This document shows, piece by piece, positions 13,575 through 25,016 of a stretch of DNA of 64,000 nt (its first letter is position 1; each line of letters begins with the position of its first letter). The translations under genes were made by a program, and so were the position numbers. The notes below the pieces were generated by a model, which saw nothing but the letters and a program-made list of their open reading frames with translations, did not search any database and was not told the origin of the DNA. The DNA is taken from NCBI GenBank assembly GCA_024679065.1, contig JAGIQG010000005.1, forward strand, positions 68,324,001-68,388,000, in the 5' to 3' direction. Source of the stretch: Sphyrna mokarran (Eukaryota).

Positions 13575-14020
13575 TAATCAGAGCTCATCAGGAGTACTGG
13601 ACTCACTTTTAAGCACTGCTTTTCAGAAAGATTATGATGTTCAGGCTTAAAGAATTAAATTATTTTGAATAAGCTTGATTTGCATTTCCTCAGATTTAGA
13701 AAATATTTATTTGTGATGCACAAAATGACTAAAAGATTTGATAAGGTAGGTGAAAATAAACTAGTTCCTCTGTCATGGGAATCCAGAACAGAATGAAACA
13801 ATCTTAAAATTTGAGCTAAGCCATTCAGGGGTGACATCAGAACTTATTCTTGCTATTTAGGATTGTCATCTGGAGACTTTTCCCCAAATGACTGTGGATG
13901 CTGAGAAAACTGAACTCTTGAAGATATTTTCATTGGCTAAGGCTGCTAAGGTATATAGAACAAAGGCAGGTAATGGAGCTGAGGTGTAGTTAGCTATGAA
14001 TTAACTGAATGAAAGGAGAG
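13575..14020 (+). mobile_element. CR1 (HER1-like) LINE 3' fragment
   Basis: Decayed ...FDKV...LVPL..ESRT...LKI pattern typical of the CR1 ORF2 C-terminus. Confidence 0.5.
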
Positions 14021-14205
14021 GAGTGAAACTTTCTTTAGTATGCTGGTGGACTCTGACAAGCCAAACATCGATTTCTATTCATTGACTTTTTGGTAACACA
14101 CATAAGATGAGGGCCAATGGTTAATATCATCTACAACTGGCATTGTCAATGTTGGTAAAGTTTTGCAACACCAATTTTAAATCCAACCAATTTATTTGAT
14201 AGTAA

Positions 14206-14249
14206 ATCCACGAGCTTTCGACACTATGTTGTGCCTTCGTCAGGCAAAT
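14206..14249 (-). ncRNA. Minimal type I hammerhead ribozyme motif in a Penelope-like terminal repeat
   Basis: Minus strand reads AUUUGC CUGACGA A GGCAC-AACAUA-GUGUC GAA AGCU C|GUGGAU: intact core, 5-bp stem II, palindromic AGCU stem III, NUH site. AATAAA and the ttggat..aa..tggtgttg tail follow. Confidence 0.72.
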
Positions 14250-15414
14250 GCAGTGTTCTGATCTGCAGAGGCGCTCATATCCACACAGACAGTTACAGAT
14301 TGCTGATTAGAATGCGAATCCTTACATCTAGCCAATGTTGGGCATTTTTGACATTTGCCCCAAAAGACCCAAATCTCACTGCAAGTTAAATTCCTGTCTT
14401 TAGTATGTGTACTAGCTCTGACAAGATGGCCATTTCATCTCCGTAACATTAACAATGTCTTTGTGTTTCATTTCACCCTTTGCCAGACACTACGGTTCCA
14501 GCAAATGCTTTGACATTGTAATGGTATATTTAGCTGCTGCATAAGAAAGCAAACAAAAAGGTTATAATTGACTCTACTTTCATAGATAAACTTACCATAT
14601 TCAGCTCACATATTAATGCAGCTACTTTTGCTCCAAGCTTTTGGTTATATCTCATTCTGTTAAGGAAAGAAAAACAAATTAACAGGACATTTAAAATTCT
14701 GACTTTGTTAAGTAAAAACAGGGTCAATCGTGATTTCTTTTCTGCACGAACCATTGCAATGGGCTATATGTTTTTATTACTCTAGAAGTAATTAACTATG
14801 TTGCTACACATGGAAGAATTCATTATTCCATTTGAAATGTGCTAGGTCAAGTTAGCCATTACAGGAGTATATTTGCAGTCAGATTGAACCATCAGCCATT
14901 GCCTTCACAGTATTATTGGGGAGAATTGTAAGATGTAATCAGGCTTGTATAGTAATAAAAGTTTTATATCTTTTGATAATGGATACAACATAGCTCTAAT
15001 GAGCTCCTCTGAAAAAATGACTCACCGTTCCATTTGCTGTCATAGAATCTGATCCATTGATGTCAAAGCAACAGAGAGAAAGCTTTGCCTTGTATTTATT
15101 TATTGGTGGGCGTAACCTTGGAGTGCTTGATGCTTACATCAAATGCAAATGCTGGAAAAACATTCAACTCACCATCATTAGCATTCCTCACCTTAATCAA
15201 CACAAAACTCCGATTCATCTCTTGCAATTCTGTCTTATAATATCATAAATTAAAGTGGACAAGATTAAAAACTTCATATTGTTTGATTATATTTATTACC
15301 AGTATTATACATATAACATTTGACATGTCATGAAATCTATTAAAATACAAGCAGCATATTTTGTCTGAGTGAAAATATTCCTTCACTAAATAATAAAGAC
15401 AATTTTCTTCTCAG

Positions 15415-15528
15415 TCTTGTGCGCCAGGATACAGACGAGTAAATGGCACCCTCTATGGAGGAGTCTGTGTACCTTGTGTTTGTTATGGCCACTCTCACTA
15501 TTGTGATTCTGTTACTGGAGAATGTTTG
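15415..15528 (+). CDS. LAMA2: LAMA2 exon (~exon 16), LE repeat
   Basis: ttcttctcag|TCT...TTG|gtaagt; 114 nt; SCAPGYRRVNGTLYGGVCVPCVCYGHSHYCDSVTGECL. Confidence 0.95.
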
Positions 15529-18500
15529 GTAAGTATTAATTAATTAAATACATTGGTCCTTTTGGTGGGTGAGAGTATTTCTGTCTGAATTATGTATCTA
15601 TGCCAATATAATAGTGATATTTTTAATTTTGAAATATAACAGCATACTCACAAGCCTATATTAATATTAACATTGATCGCACCATCTGTCTTTCATAATA
15701 TTTATTGTTATAGTCATTTAATGCCTCATGTTACCAAAGAACATCTTACTTAATGGGAAATCTCAGCTTATGCTATGATGATACTTTAGAATTACTTTCC
15801 GTGATAATGTTCAAAACATCTGCTTGTAAGTCTGAAAATGTGACAGCAGAAGAGGGAATGCAAACAAACAAGATATAACCAAGGAGGTACTCCTTTATCC
15901 AACAAATGCAGTAAATCTGCATAAAAATCAGTATCATAATCAATCAGCTTTGCCAGTTTTACTGTGAGTTGACCTGATAATTCATGGAGTATCATGAAAT
16001 TGTGGCCCCAAACATCTGCAAAGATTCTTGAGGCCTTTTCACTTTAACTTCATCAGGGTTCCACCATCGGCTAGTTTCTGCATAGCCAGTAATAACCCGA
16101 TCAATCTAGAATTAAGGCTTCTGCTAATGAAGCAAAAGAAAAGAGGTTGAGGATTGAATGAAGGAACATAATTCTGTGCCCAACCTCTTTAGGGTCCCAG
16201 GCTTTTGTTGCTGGTGTGTTTGATGAGATCAGGCATCCTGGCTGACAAACTAATGGTTTTCAGGTCTGCCAGAAGTTTGTGGCTGGTATCATTGCCGGAA
16301 TCCCAAAGTAATTGTGACCAGATCATTTTTAATGTTTTTTTTAGTTATCTTGCTATCCTCCCACAATTACTACCATCTTTCTACCAAAGGTGTACCATTT
16401 TTACCTGGGAGCATGATTTACACAGAAAGCATTCAACAAGTTAAAGGATTCTTGATGGTGCTGTAACTTCAATTCCAATTCCAGATGTGTCTCAGCACTC
16501 CAGTTTAAACCACTGTCACAATAACCTTTGCTGTGTGGATGAAACATGGAACTGTAATCAAAGCAAAAATGAAAGCACTCATCCTTCCAACATATAATTT
16601 TAATTCTGGTATCTTTGACCTGAACTAAACTGGGTAAATGCTGAGTAATTTAAGAAGTCTTGGAGTGAGCCATTTAAATTACTTTCATCACAATGAATGA
16701 AATATGTCACTGTGGAATGAGAATAGGTGATTACTGAGATTTGAGGGATTAGTGAAATATCAGCATTAAATTATGTCAGACTTGGGAAAATATGTAAAAC
16801 AGTTCACTTGGTTTCTATAATCTGAATAAATAATCAGGTGGGAGTTCTAAACTAATGAAGTGCAAAATATGTTTCAAGTGTTAGTAAAACTTATGAACTA
16901 AAGAATGAGTATTGTCTGTGAGTATCACATTTAACAGGGGAAAGGAGTCATCCATGCTGAATTTTTTTTCTCTCAGAGTAGGGTCCATGTCCTGCAGCAA
17001 AAAAAAATCAGGGTAGTCCTGTCTGTGATTGGCTGGCTTGCCTCGCAGCTGTTTAAGAGGTCCCAATGCTGAGTTTTGTAGCCAGTCAAATGGCTGCAGC
17101 TCTCTGACCCCAGCAGTGCCTTGATGGCCACTGTTGAAATTTCATGTAGCCCCTGAGGAAAGCTATCAGCAGTGGAGACAGACTTAAAATATGCCTGAGG
17201 TCTCACTGATGCCAAACTAGCAGCCCCTGGGGGGGGGGTTGTTGGAAAATTGCTTGGAGCGAGAATTATCTTGTTGGTAAGATGGGGGGAGTGTTATGCA
17301 TGGGTATGCCTTAAGCATTGCTCCTTTGTCTGCCTCCAGTGCATGCAGTGAAAGCTTTAATGGGTGCGAGCTGGTTCATGTCAGAAGTCTGCATCCAGCT
17401 TCTTCAACCTGGCCAGCTCTGTTGCAGAGATTGATACCTCCTATCCCTCTGCAATTTTCATAGAGTTCCAACCATATTTTTAAAGAGTCATAGTTCATGA
17501 TGCATTAGAAGAATTGTGAGCCTTAGACCTCTTATAAGGCAAGTTCAAAATGTTCTGTTCATGAGCCCATTGCCAAATTCTGCCCTACCACTCACTTCCT
17601 TTTCCCTTCATGCCCTCTATGTCAAAATTTGTTCTTCCACTGCCCCTACTGCCCCTCATATTTCCCTATGCTGAACTCTGTCTTTCCTTCCTTCCTTCCA
17701 TCTATCCTCAAGTTCTCTCATGCTTCTCCTATGTAAAGCTATGGCAATGCCATCCTTGTTGACCTACTGTACACCGTATGGAGCAAATGGACCTTATGTT
17801 GTAAGATGGGATATGTAAAAGGTCCTTGAGAAGAAAAGTCATTTAATGAGAAGTTTCTCCTATTGAAGAAAACATCTAAAGTACAAACCAATAAAGGCTC
17901 GTTAAACTCTCAAAAACCATAAAACCTTGACACCACTTAACTTATGTAAACAAACATTGTGAAATTGACTGCAGAAATCGGAGCTGTCAATCAAACTCTC
18001 TTTCCTCTGTGGAGCAGATGTTCTCTTATTATAATGTCTGCCTAGGCTGTCAGCCAGGAATACATAAGGAGGCTTAACCGACAATTCCACAAGTGTTGCC
18101 CACTCAATAGCAAATCTACTCGGACATGCGCACACAACTAATATGTTGTCACATCATGATTTCAATTACGTGGAAAATGAACATGGATAATTAAAATCAT
18201 TGCAGATCACCATAATCTTTTGTATGTGGGGGCTTTTGAGACATTTCTGAAAGATTATGAATGCTCTTGTACATGAAATAATAAATGGTTATTTCATTGA
18301 ATAAGTGACAATTATTAAGTAATTATTTGAACAAATAGTCTTTGCAATATTTGTCCTTTTTTACATTGATTATTTCTTGCAGGGCAATTGGCATAATGCC
18401 AGGGACCCTCTAATAACTTGCTTGGGTGTTATTATTCATGATTGAATAGTGAAGCTACACAATTCTGTTTTCACCTAATGTTTACAAATGTGCGCAAAGA

Positions 18501-20382
18501 ATATGGATTCCAAAAAGCATGTGAAACCTGGTCATGTTTCCTCTCCTTAAAGGAACGTGGAAGGCAGCTGCTCAGAATTATGCCCAGAGTGGCTGAGATT
18601 AGCAAACTCATGAGATAAACTCAATTTTTCACTAGGCTGTCAGAGGATTCTACAACAAACATTTTTGCAAGTTTATCGCCTACCCAAAAAATACATAAAC
18701 ATTACATAGAACAGGAAGACAATGGCATCACTCATGAAACTTTTAGATTTTATTTTAATTTGCATTTGATTCCATCTTCACAAACCAAAAAAAAATTGTT
18801 TAAATTGCAGTTTTGATCAAACTAGCAAGTATGAATATTTTTCATACAGTTAAACACTGAAATATTTAATTGTTCACTATATTCAAATTAGTAGAACATT
18901 TAACCTAGTTTTGTCAGTGGCTCTGTACTTAATTCTCAAATCTACTGATACCAAATTCATAACAATCAGGGTGGACTTGCATTAAACTGATTTTTTTTCT
19001 TTTATTCTGAACACTTCTGTGACTTGCATACCATATGCCAAGTTGACTATTCTCATTAACTCAAAGCTGCTTTGTTATTATCCAATCTAACAAGTCATAA
19101 GGCTGAAAGCAACTTTTATCATTTTATTACTTAAATAGTACTTCATAGATTGTTGTTTGTGTGTTAGGATGATGAAATTAGTTTTATACCGTGGTGCTTT
19201 CTTCATTGTAATAATTGGTTTTACAATTTGTCCCTCTCTTGAGAGAGCATTCTATCTTCATCTCACAGGTTAACTTTAATTAATGAAGGACATTCCACAT
19301 AAATGTCATTTTAGAAATACAATCTTTATTGCTAGGCACTGCACATAGATCATATATTTAAGGAAATTTTTGGTAATAATGAATTTACATATTTTAATTC
19401 AATACAGTGTGCATTATACCTTTATGCCAAATGAAAAGATGCAAACTGCAGCATAAATTATGGCAAAGCAAAATGTGTTTTAAAATATGAAAAGAAATAT
19501 TAAATGCTTTGAATTTCATTGAAGTTTTGGAATTGTTACACATGTTACAATGCTTTTCATTATTTGAAATTTGCCTGAAGATGGGAAAATTTTTCTGTTG
19601 CTAAGAAAATTGCTGTGTATTTTGAGCTATTCACATCAGTGTTCTAAAGCATCCATCAAGGTAGTTAGGACTCTCAATATGATGATATGATTGAAGACTT
19701 TTTGCTCAGTTTTGATGGGTTACAAATCTCAGTTTCACTGCAGTTTTTTGACACCTTTCCAGAAGTAGCAGAGTGACTGGGAGACTGTACACACTTCCTG
19801 TACCTAGCTCAGAATTGAATTGTGGGAATAATGAAAGAAATGCTGATTGGCCAGTGAGAAGAGGGAATCTGGAGAGGAAAGAGTCAGCCTTTCTATTCTC
19901 AAACCAATATTTTGTGAATATGTCTGCTGAATCAGATACTCATTGCAGTTTTCTGAGGATCAAAAGATGCTCATATCAAATTCTTTCTTTGTTACTTTGA
20001 AAGAGACATTAGCATGGTTATTTTAAATAGATGCCCCTATCGAACTAGCTTATGAAGAAATTGATGCAAATATATTAAACATTTTCACAATTACGTTGTG
20101 CACAGTAATCTTCAAGCTTCTATAATGGTGTCTGTGATCTTTGGAGAGGAAAATTGAAGTTACTTCTAAAGATAGCTAATGAAACTAAGATATCAGAATT
20201 AATTTGTTTATTCAAAAAATATGTAATTTAGCAGCAAGGGACATCATGGAGTGACAGTTTGTTCAGCTAGTAACCCTTTTATGTATTCATTAAAGCACAA
20301 CCTAATTTAAAGTAAAATAATGAAACAAAAATCATTTGCCTTTCATCAAGAAAGTTCTTAAAAGAAATATTATTTATTCTAG

Positions 20383-20510
20383 AATTGTCAACATAATACC
20401 ACTGGCCCATCTTGTGATAGATGTCGACCTGGCTTTTATGGAGATCCAACTCGAGGAACACCCAGTGATTGCCATCCTTGCAGTTGTCCATTGTTAATTT
20501 CTACAAATAA
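20383..20510 (+). CDS. LAMA2: LAMA2 exon (~exon 17), LE repeat
   Basis: tttattctag|AAT...AA|gtaaga; 128 nt; NCQHNTTGPSCDRCRPGFYGDPTRGTPSDCHPCSCPLLISTN(N). Confidence 0.95.
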
Positions 20511-21898
20511 GTAAGAAAGATATAAATTTATCTACGTGTAGAATCAGGAAATGTACTTCTTATGTTAAGATGGAATCTTGTGGAGGCAACGATGGTTCTG
20601 GTTCCCATGTTGCCTCTTTTTTGGGAAGAATCACCATATCATGTTTCATTCAGGAACTTGGCCTGCTGGCAAAAAGGCCTTGAGATCTGGTGGCAGTTCC
20701 CTTGGGTAGGAAAGCCACCAGATAGGCAGGAGCTGCTGCTGGTACTACTTGAAACCTAGGATCTCAGACCAGAGGTGATTGATGGTTGGGCTGCAGGAGA
20801 GGTGGGGAAGATTTAAAGGGCAGGATTCATGGAGAAGAGAGTTCGGCAACAATAGTAATTGCCTCCCCCACACCTCCTCTGCCTCCAAACCTGCCATGGA
20901 GTGAGCACAAGCTTCTGCCTTGTAGTCCTTGTTCTATCTGATGGCATGCATAGTGAGATTGTATAGATTGCCAGTACCTGGGTTATGAAATGAAAAGTTG
21001 TTGGCAAAATAACTAGCTTCATCTTCTTTCCAAAAGCAAAATACTCAATCATAATGGAAATTTGAGATGAGAACAGAAAATGTCAGAAACATAGAGGTTC
21101 TGACGAAAGATCATTGACCTGAAGTGTTAACTTCCAGCATTTTCTATTTTCATCACAGATTTTCAGCATTTGCATTATTTTGCCTTTGTCATCGTTTGCT
21201 TCCTGAACTTTTGCAGGAAAACCCGCTGTGAAGTATTCTCGCTCTTAGGGATTCCCTTTTGTTCCCCTTCATTGCTTTGCATTCACCTTCCCTCCCTTGT
21301 CTCTATTTAACACAGGGTTTTCACTTCTGAGAAGAAAAAATGGATACTGTCTTTGTAACCTAGATAAGCACCATAGGTAGATGCAAAGCTTCTTTATCAT
21401 GGAAGATTCGGACAAATAAATACTAATAATGTCAAGTGCTAGAAGAACATAATTAAACTTTATCCATTAATATAATTTCCTAAAGTACCACATAATCTAA
21501 TTGTGGCAAAGTCATCGAAAGTACAAAATGAGGAAAACTGTATAGCCGGGTATTACACTGTTCTCTACTGTGTAAATATCCTTTAAAGGGTTTTAAAAAA
21601 AATTCTTTTCCATGATGAATAAAACTCTGAGGATGCTTTAATGCTTTCTTTGCTGCAGCCTGATTCATTGTTCCTTGCCCCCATCATAATGCCATTCACA
21701 TTCTCAATCTGACAGCCACATAAACAATGAATCACTTATTCAGAAAGTACAGACAGTCTTAAATTAAAAAAAAAAATCCAATTGGTATTCAACATTAAAC
21801 AAAGCCTCACAAAGTCATGACTCATGGCTCCAGTTCCAACACGTACTTACTGCTTTACTTTTTCAGGCAAAAAATATGTTTAATTCAGCATCATATTA

Positions 21899-22237
21899 GA
21901 GAATCATAGAGTCTCTACAGTGCAGAAGGAGGCCATTTAGCTCTTCGAGTCTGCACTGACTCTCCAACAGAGCATCCTATCCAAACCCTATCCCCATTAT
22001 CCCACATATTTACTCTGCTAATTTCCCTAACCTATACAGTTTGGGATACTAAGGGGCAATTTTGTATGACTAATCCACCTGACCTTCATATCTTTGGACT
22101 GTAGGAGAAAACCAGCACATCTGGAGGAAACCCATGCAGACGAGGAGAAAGTGCAAACTCCACAAAGTGACCCAAGGCTGGAATCAAACCTAGGTCCCTA
22201 GTCCTGTGAGGCAACAGTGTTAACTACTGTGTCACCA
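21899..22237 (-). mobile_element. Near full-length HE1-type V-SINE
   Basis: Minus strand: tRNA-like head (ggtgacacagtagttaacactg...ggtttgattcc), V-domain (gagtttgcac..tctgcatgggtttcctcc) and CR1-type tail (ggcctccttctgcactgtagagactctatgattc). Confidence 0.85.
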
Positions 22238-22514
22238 AGTGCATAATGCTGCACTTTACCAGATAATCATTTAATTAAAAGCAAAATGCTGCAGTGCTGG
22301 AAAACTTAAATACTGAAATTGGAGGATAAATTCAGCAAGTTTGGCAGCATCTGTGTAAAGAGAAACAGCTAATGTTTTGAGTCCTTTGCTCCTTCTACAG
22401 GATATTCATTTATAGTTTTGACGGAATATTGGACATAGTTGTGCATCAAGAGAGCTGACTGAAGAGTGGAAGGTCTGTCTACATTCTGTCTGATGTCATG
22501 TCTCTGATATGCAA

Positions 22515-22606
22515 GAACTTGACAGGGTAGGATGCCCTGTTGGAGAGTTGGAACAGACTCGATGGGCCAAATAGCCTCCTCCTGTACTGTAGGGATGCTA
22601 TGATTC
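22515..22606 (+). mobile_element. HE1/CR1 3' tail fragment
   Basis: gactcgatgggccaaatagcctcctcctgtactgtagggatgctatgattc. Confidence 0.65.
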
Positions 22607-22611
22607 AAGTC

Positions 22612-23240
22612 TCAGAAGCACATCTTAGGGATGCCAATGGTTTGCTTAATGATGGATCTTGTCGAGTACATGCTGCGTTGTCTTTCTGTTCTGAGGCTCT
22701 GAGGATGATGCATGGGTGTCAGTATCCATTGTTTGAGCAGATACCTCTTATCTCCAACAAGCCAGTCCTGTAATGAAAGTCGAATACATAAGGCACCGAG
22801 GAGTGACTCACAATCATGAGAATTCCCAGGATACCTGCACAATCGTGCATAATGTGCTTCTAATGATTTCACACCAGTTAAGTGTTCATGAATGGAACTC
22901 TTTCTTGTTAATGAATATCATGAAGTGCTGCCACACTCTATGTCACATGTGTGCAATTGATTTTACCCAGTACTGTAGGCAAGCCTGAGACAGCTTCAAA
23001 TCCCAGAAAGCTAACAGCCTGGCTACATTCATCAAATGTAAGCTTCACGTAATGATGAGCTGTACTGTAGAGAGTATCTGTCACCTTCTTGATATATTTA
23101 GGTGTTGAAGGATGTGAGTTGCTGCATTGACACCTTGTGCAGCTCTGGAACCATCTGAAGGGAAGATATTTGAGCAAGAATTAATCTTCAGTAGCACTGG
23201 CAGGGGCTGTCCTCCCAGTCCACAGGACATTCAACTCTCC
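22612..23240 (-). mobile_element. Decayed PIF/Harbinger transposase (HARBI1-like DDE)
   Basis: CRYPGNSHD...WLVGDKRYLLKQWILTP...TRSIIKQTIGIPKMCF matches the Harbinger motifs YPGSxHD, LLGDxGYPL..WLMTP and RxxIExxxGxLKxRF; upstream YIKKVTDTLY. Confidence 0.8.
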
Positions 23241-24387
23241 TACAAAATCATAGAATCCCTAAGTGCAGAAAGAGGCCATTTGACCCAACAAGCCTGGACC
23301 GATGACAATCTCCCCAGAATTTATCACTCTTGATGTCCCCATGCCCTATGCAGACCTCATCCCTCCCCATTTTGAGGCTGTGTGCATGGTTACATACAAA
23401 GGAGAACCCCAATGCACAAGAGTGCTTTGCAAACCTCTTCTTTCCCACCACCACCTTTGTTACTTTTCCCCATTTACAAGCTGTAGACAGCTCCCCTAAC
23501 AATGACCTTCTGCAGTTGAGTACTGAGGTAAACAACCCCATTGCTACAGACTGTTGCATGAGGGAAATGCCTGATCCCAGTTTAAGATATGAGATTTGCC
23601 ATTCGCTGCAATGGGATTACAATGCGCGTGTTCAGCACAGCCTGCAGCTTGGCCTACAAAGCCCCAGGACTGCCTTCAGTCACTCATTCCAACCTCTTAG
23701 CCTAGAATATGACTGTTTTTCAATGAGCTCTCACGTTCCTTCATTACTGAATACAGCATTCTCTCTTATCCCATTCTCCCCCCCTCCAATGTTCCTGGGA
23801 GTGTCTGTGCAACCTGTCTCTCATTTGTCACACTAACACAACCCTACCCCCTACTATCCCATTCATACAGTTCATTATCTATCTGCCCACTCTGTGCCTG
23901 CATTCTTGTCTTGCACATCAGACTCTAGCTTCCCTATCCTGTGTCTTCCCTCTGTCTGCAGTAGTCCGCATCATGTCCAATTCCATCGTAGGTATTGTCC
24001 CTCATGTCTCTGCCTCTTCCCCCATCCCAGTAGAAATGCGAATCTTTGTTTCAGAGTGATTCTGCTTGAGACCTGTAGCACACCCTGAGTGCTGTCCTCC
24101 CTATCTAAGAAGGCACCCAACATGAGCAGACCAACTGTACACAATGCCAATCCATCAAGAGCAGCACTGTTGCAGGGAGGCTTTGATTGTTACACTCAGA
24201 GTCACATGCAACCTGAAGGTGGGCAGCTGCATGCCATTTATAACTAAATGCAGTTTAGACTGATTGATTGGGTTGCTCAATTCCACCTCCCCCCCTCCCA
24301 CCTCTGCCGCAGAATTCTGGCCTGTCTCTGATTTCTCTACTCTCCCCTTCCATGAAACCCATCATCAGCAGGCCTGAAAAATAAATT

Positions 24388-24530
24388 TTAGGTTGATTAG
24401 CTATGCTATATTGCCCCATTATGTCAGAGGATTAGCAGGGTAAATATGTGGGGTTACGGGATAGAGCCTGGATGGGATTGGATGTTTGATGGGCTGAATG
24501 GCCTGCATCTGCACCTTACGGATTCTATGA
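24388..24530 (+). mobile_element. HE1 SINE 3' half
   Basis: gattagcagggtaaatatgtggggttacgggatag...gatgggctgaatggcct...gattctatga. Confidence 0.7.
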
Positions 24531-24929
24531 AAATCAATAATTGTTAATTTAGTAATTATTAAATTACAATTCTGTGATTACAATCAGATACAAAGTGTTT
24601 CCGAGATCTTAGACACAGGCAAGCAGCTGTACATTCCTTTTTTATATAGTACAGAGTGATATGCCACAGGGAATTTGAAGCTGAAATGCCATTGAGATGG
24701 TGCCACCTTTTTACTATATACAGTGTCGGCCAAAATATCCAATAGTCATTTCAGGAACGGTTAGCTGGAATGAGATCCCTGTTCTATCTTTGGTGCCGGA
24801 GAAGAAAAGCAGTTCATGTCGGTTTCACAGTGATGATATCAGTAAAGAGCACTTGGCTATGAAGCTAATACAATGTCTTTTGTTTTTATTTCTTTTTGTA
24901 TCTGTGTCTGAACAACATGAACAACGTAG

Positions 24930-25016
24930 TTTTAGTCCAACCTGTCACCTGGACTCTAGGGGAGAGATAATATGTGACCGATGCCCTCCTGGATATGCAG
25001 GATCTCGGTGTGACAG
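24930..25016 (+). CDS. LAMA2: LAMA2 exon (~exon 18), LE repeat
   Basis: caacgtag|T...AG|gtgaga; 87 nt; (N)FSPTCHLDSRGEIICDRCPPGYAGSRCD(R). Confidence 0.93.

Noticed and set aside
21899-22237. tRNA-like A/B boxes as a tRNA gene
   Set aside because: These are SINE heads with no cloverleaf; the same applies to 51112 and 59700.
23330-23836. 168-aa ORF next to the Harbinger relic
   Set aside because: No recognisable Myb/SANT or other motif; likely a chance ORF in TE-derived sequence.
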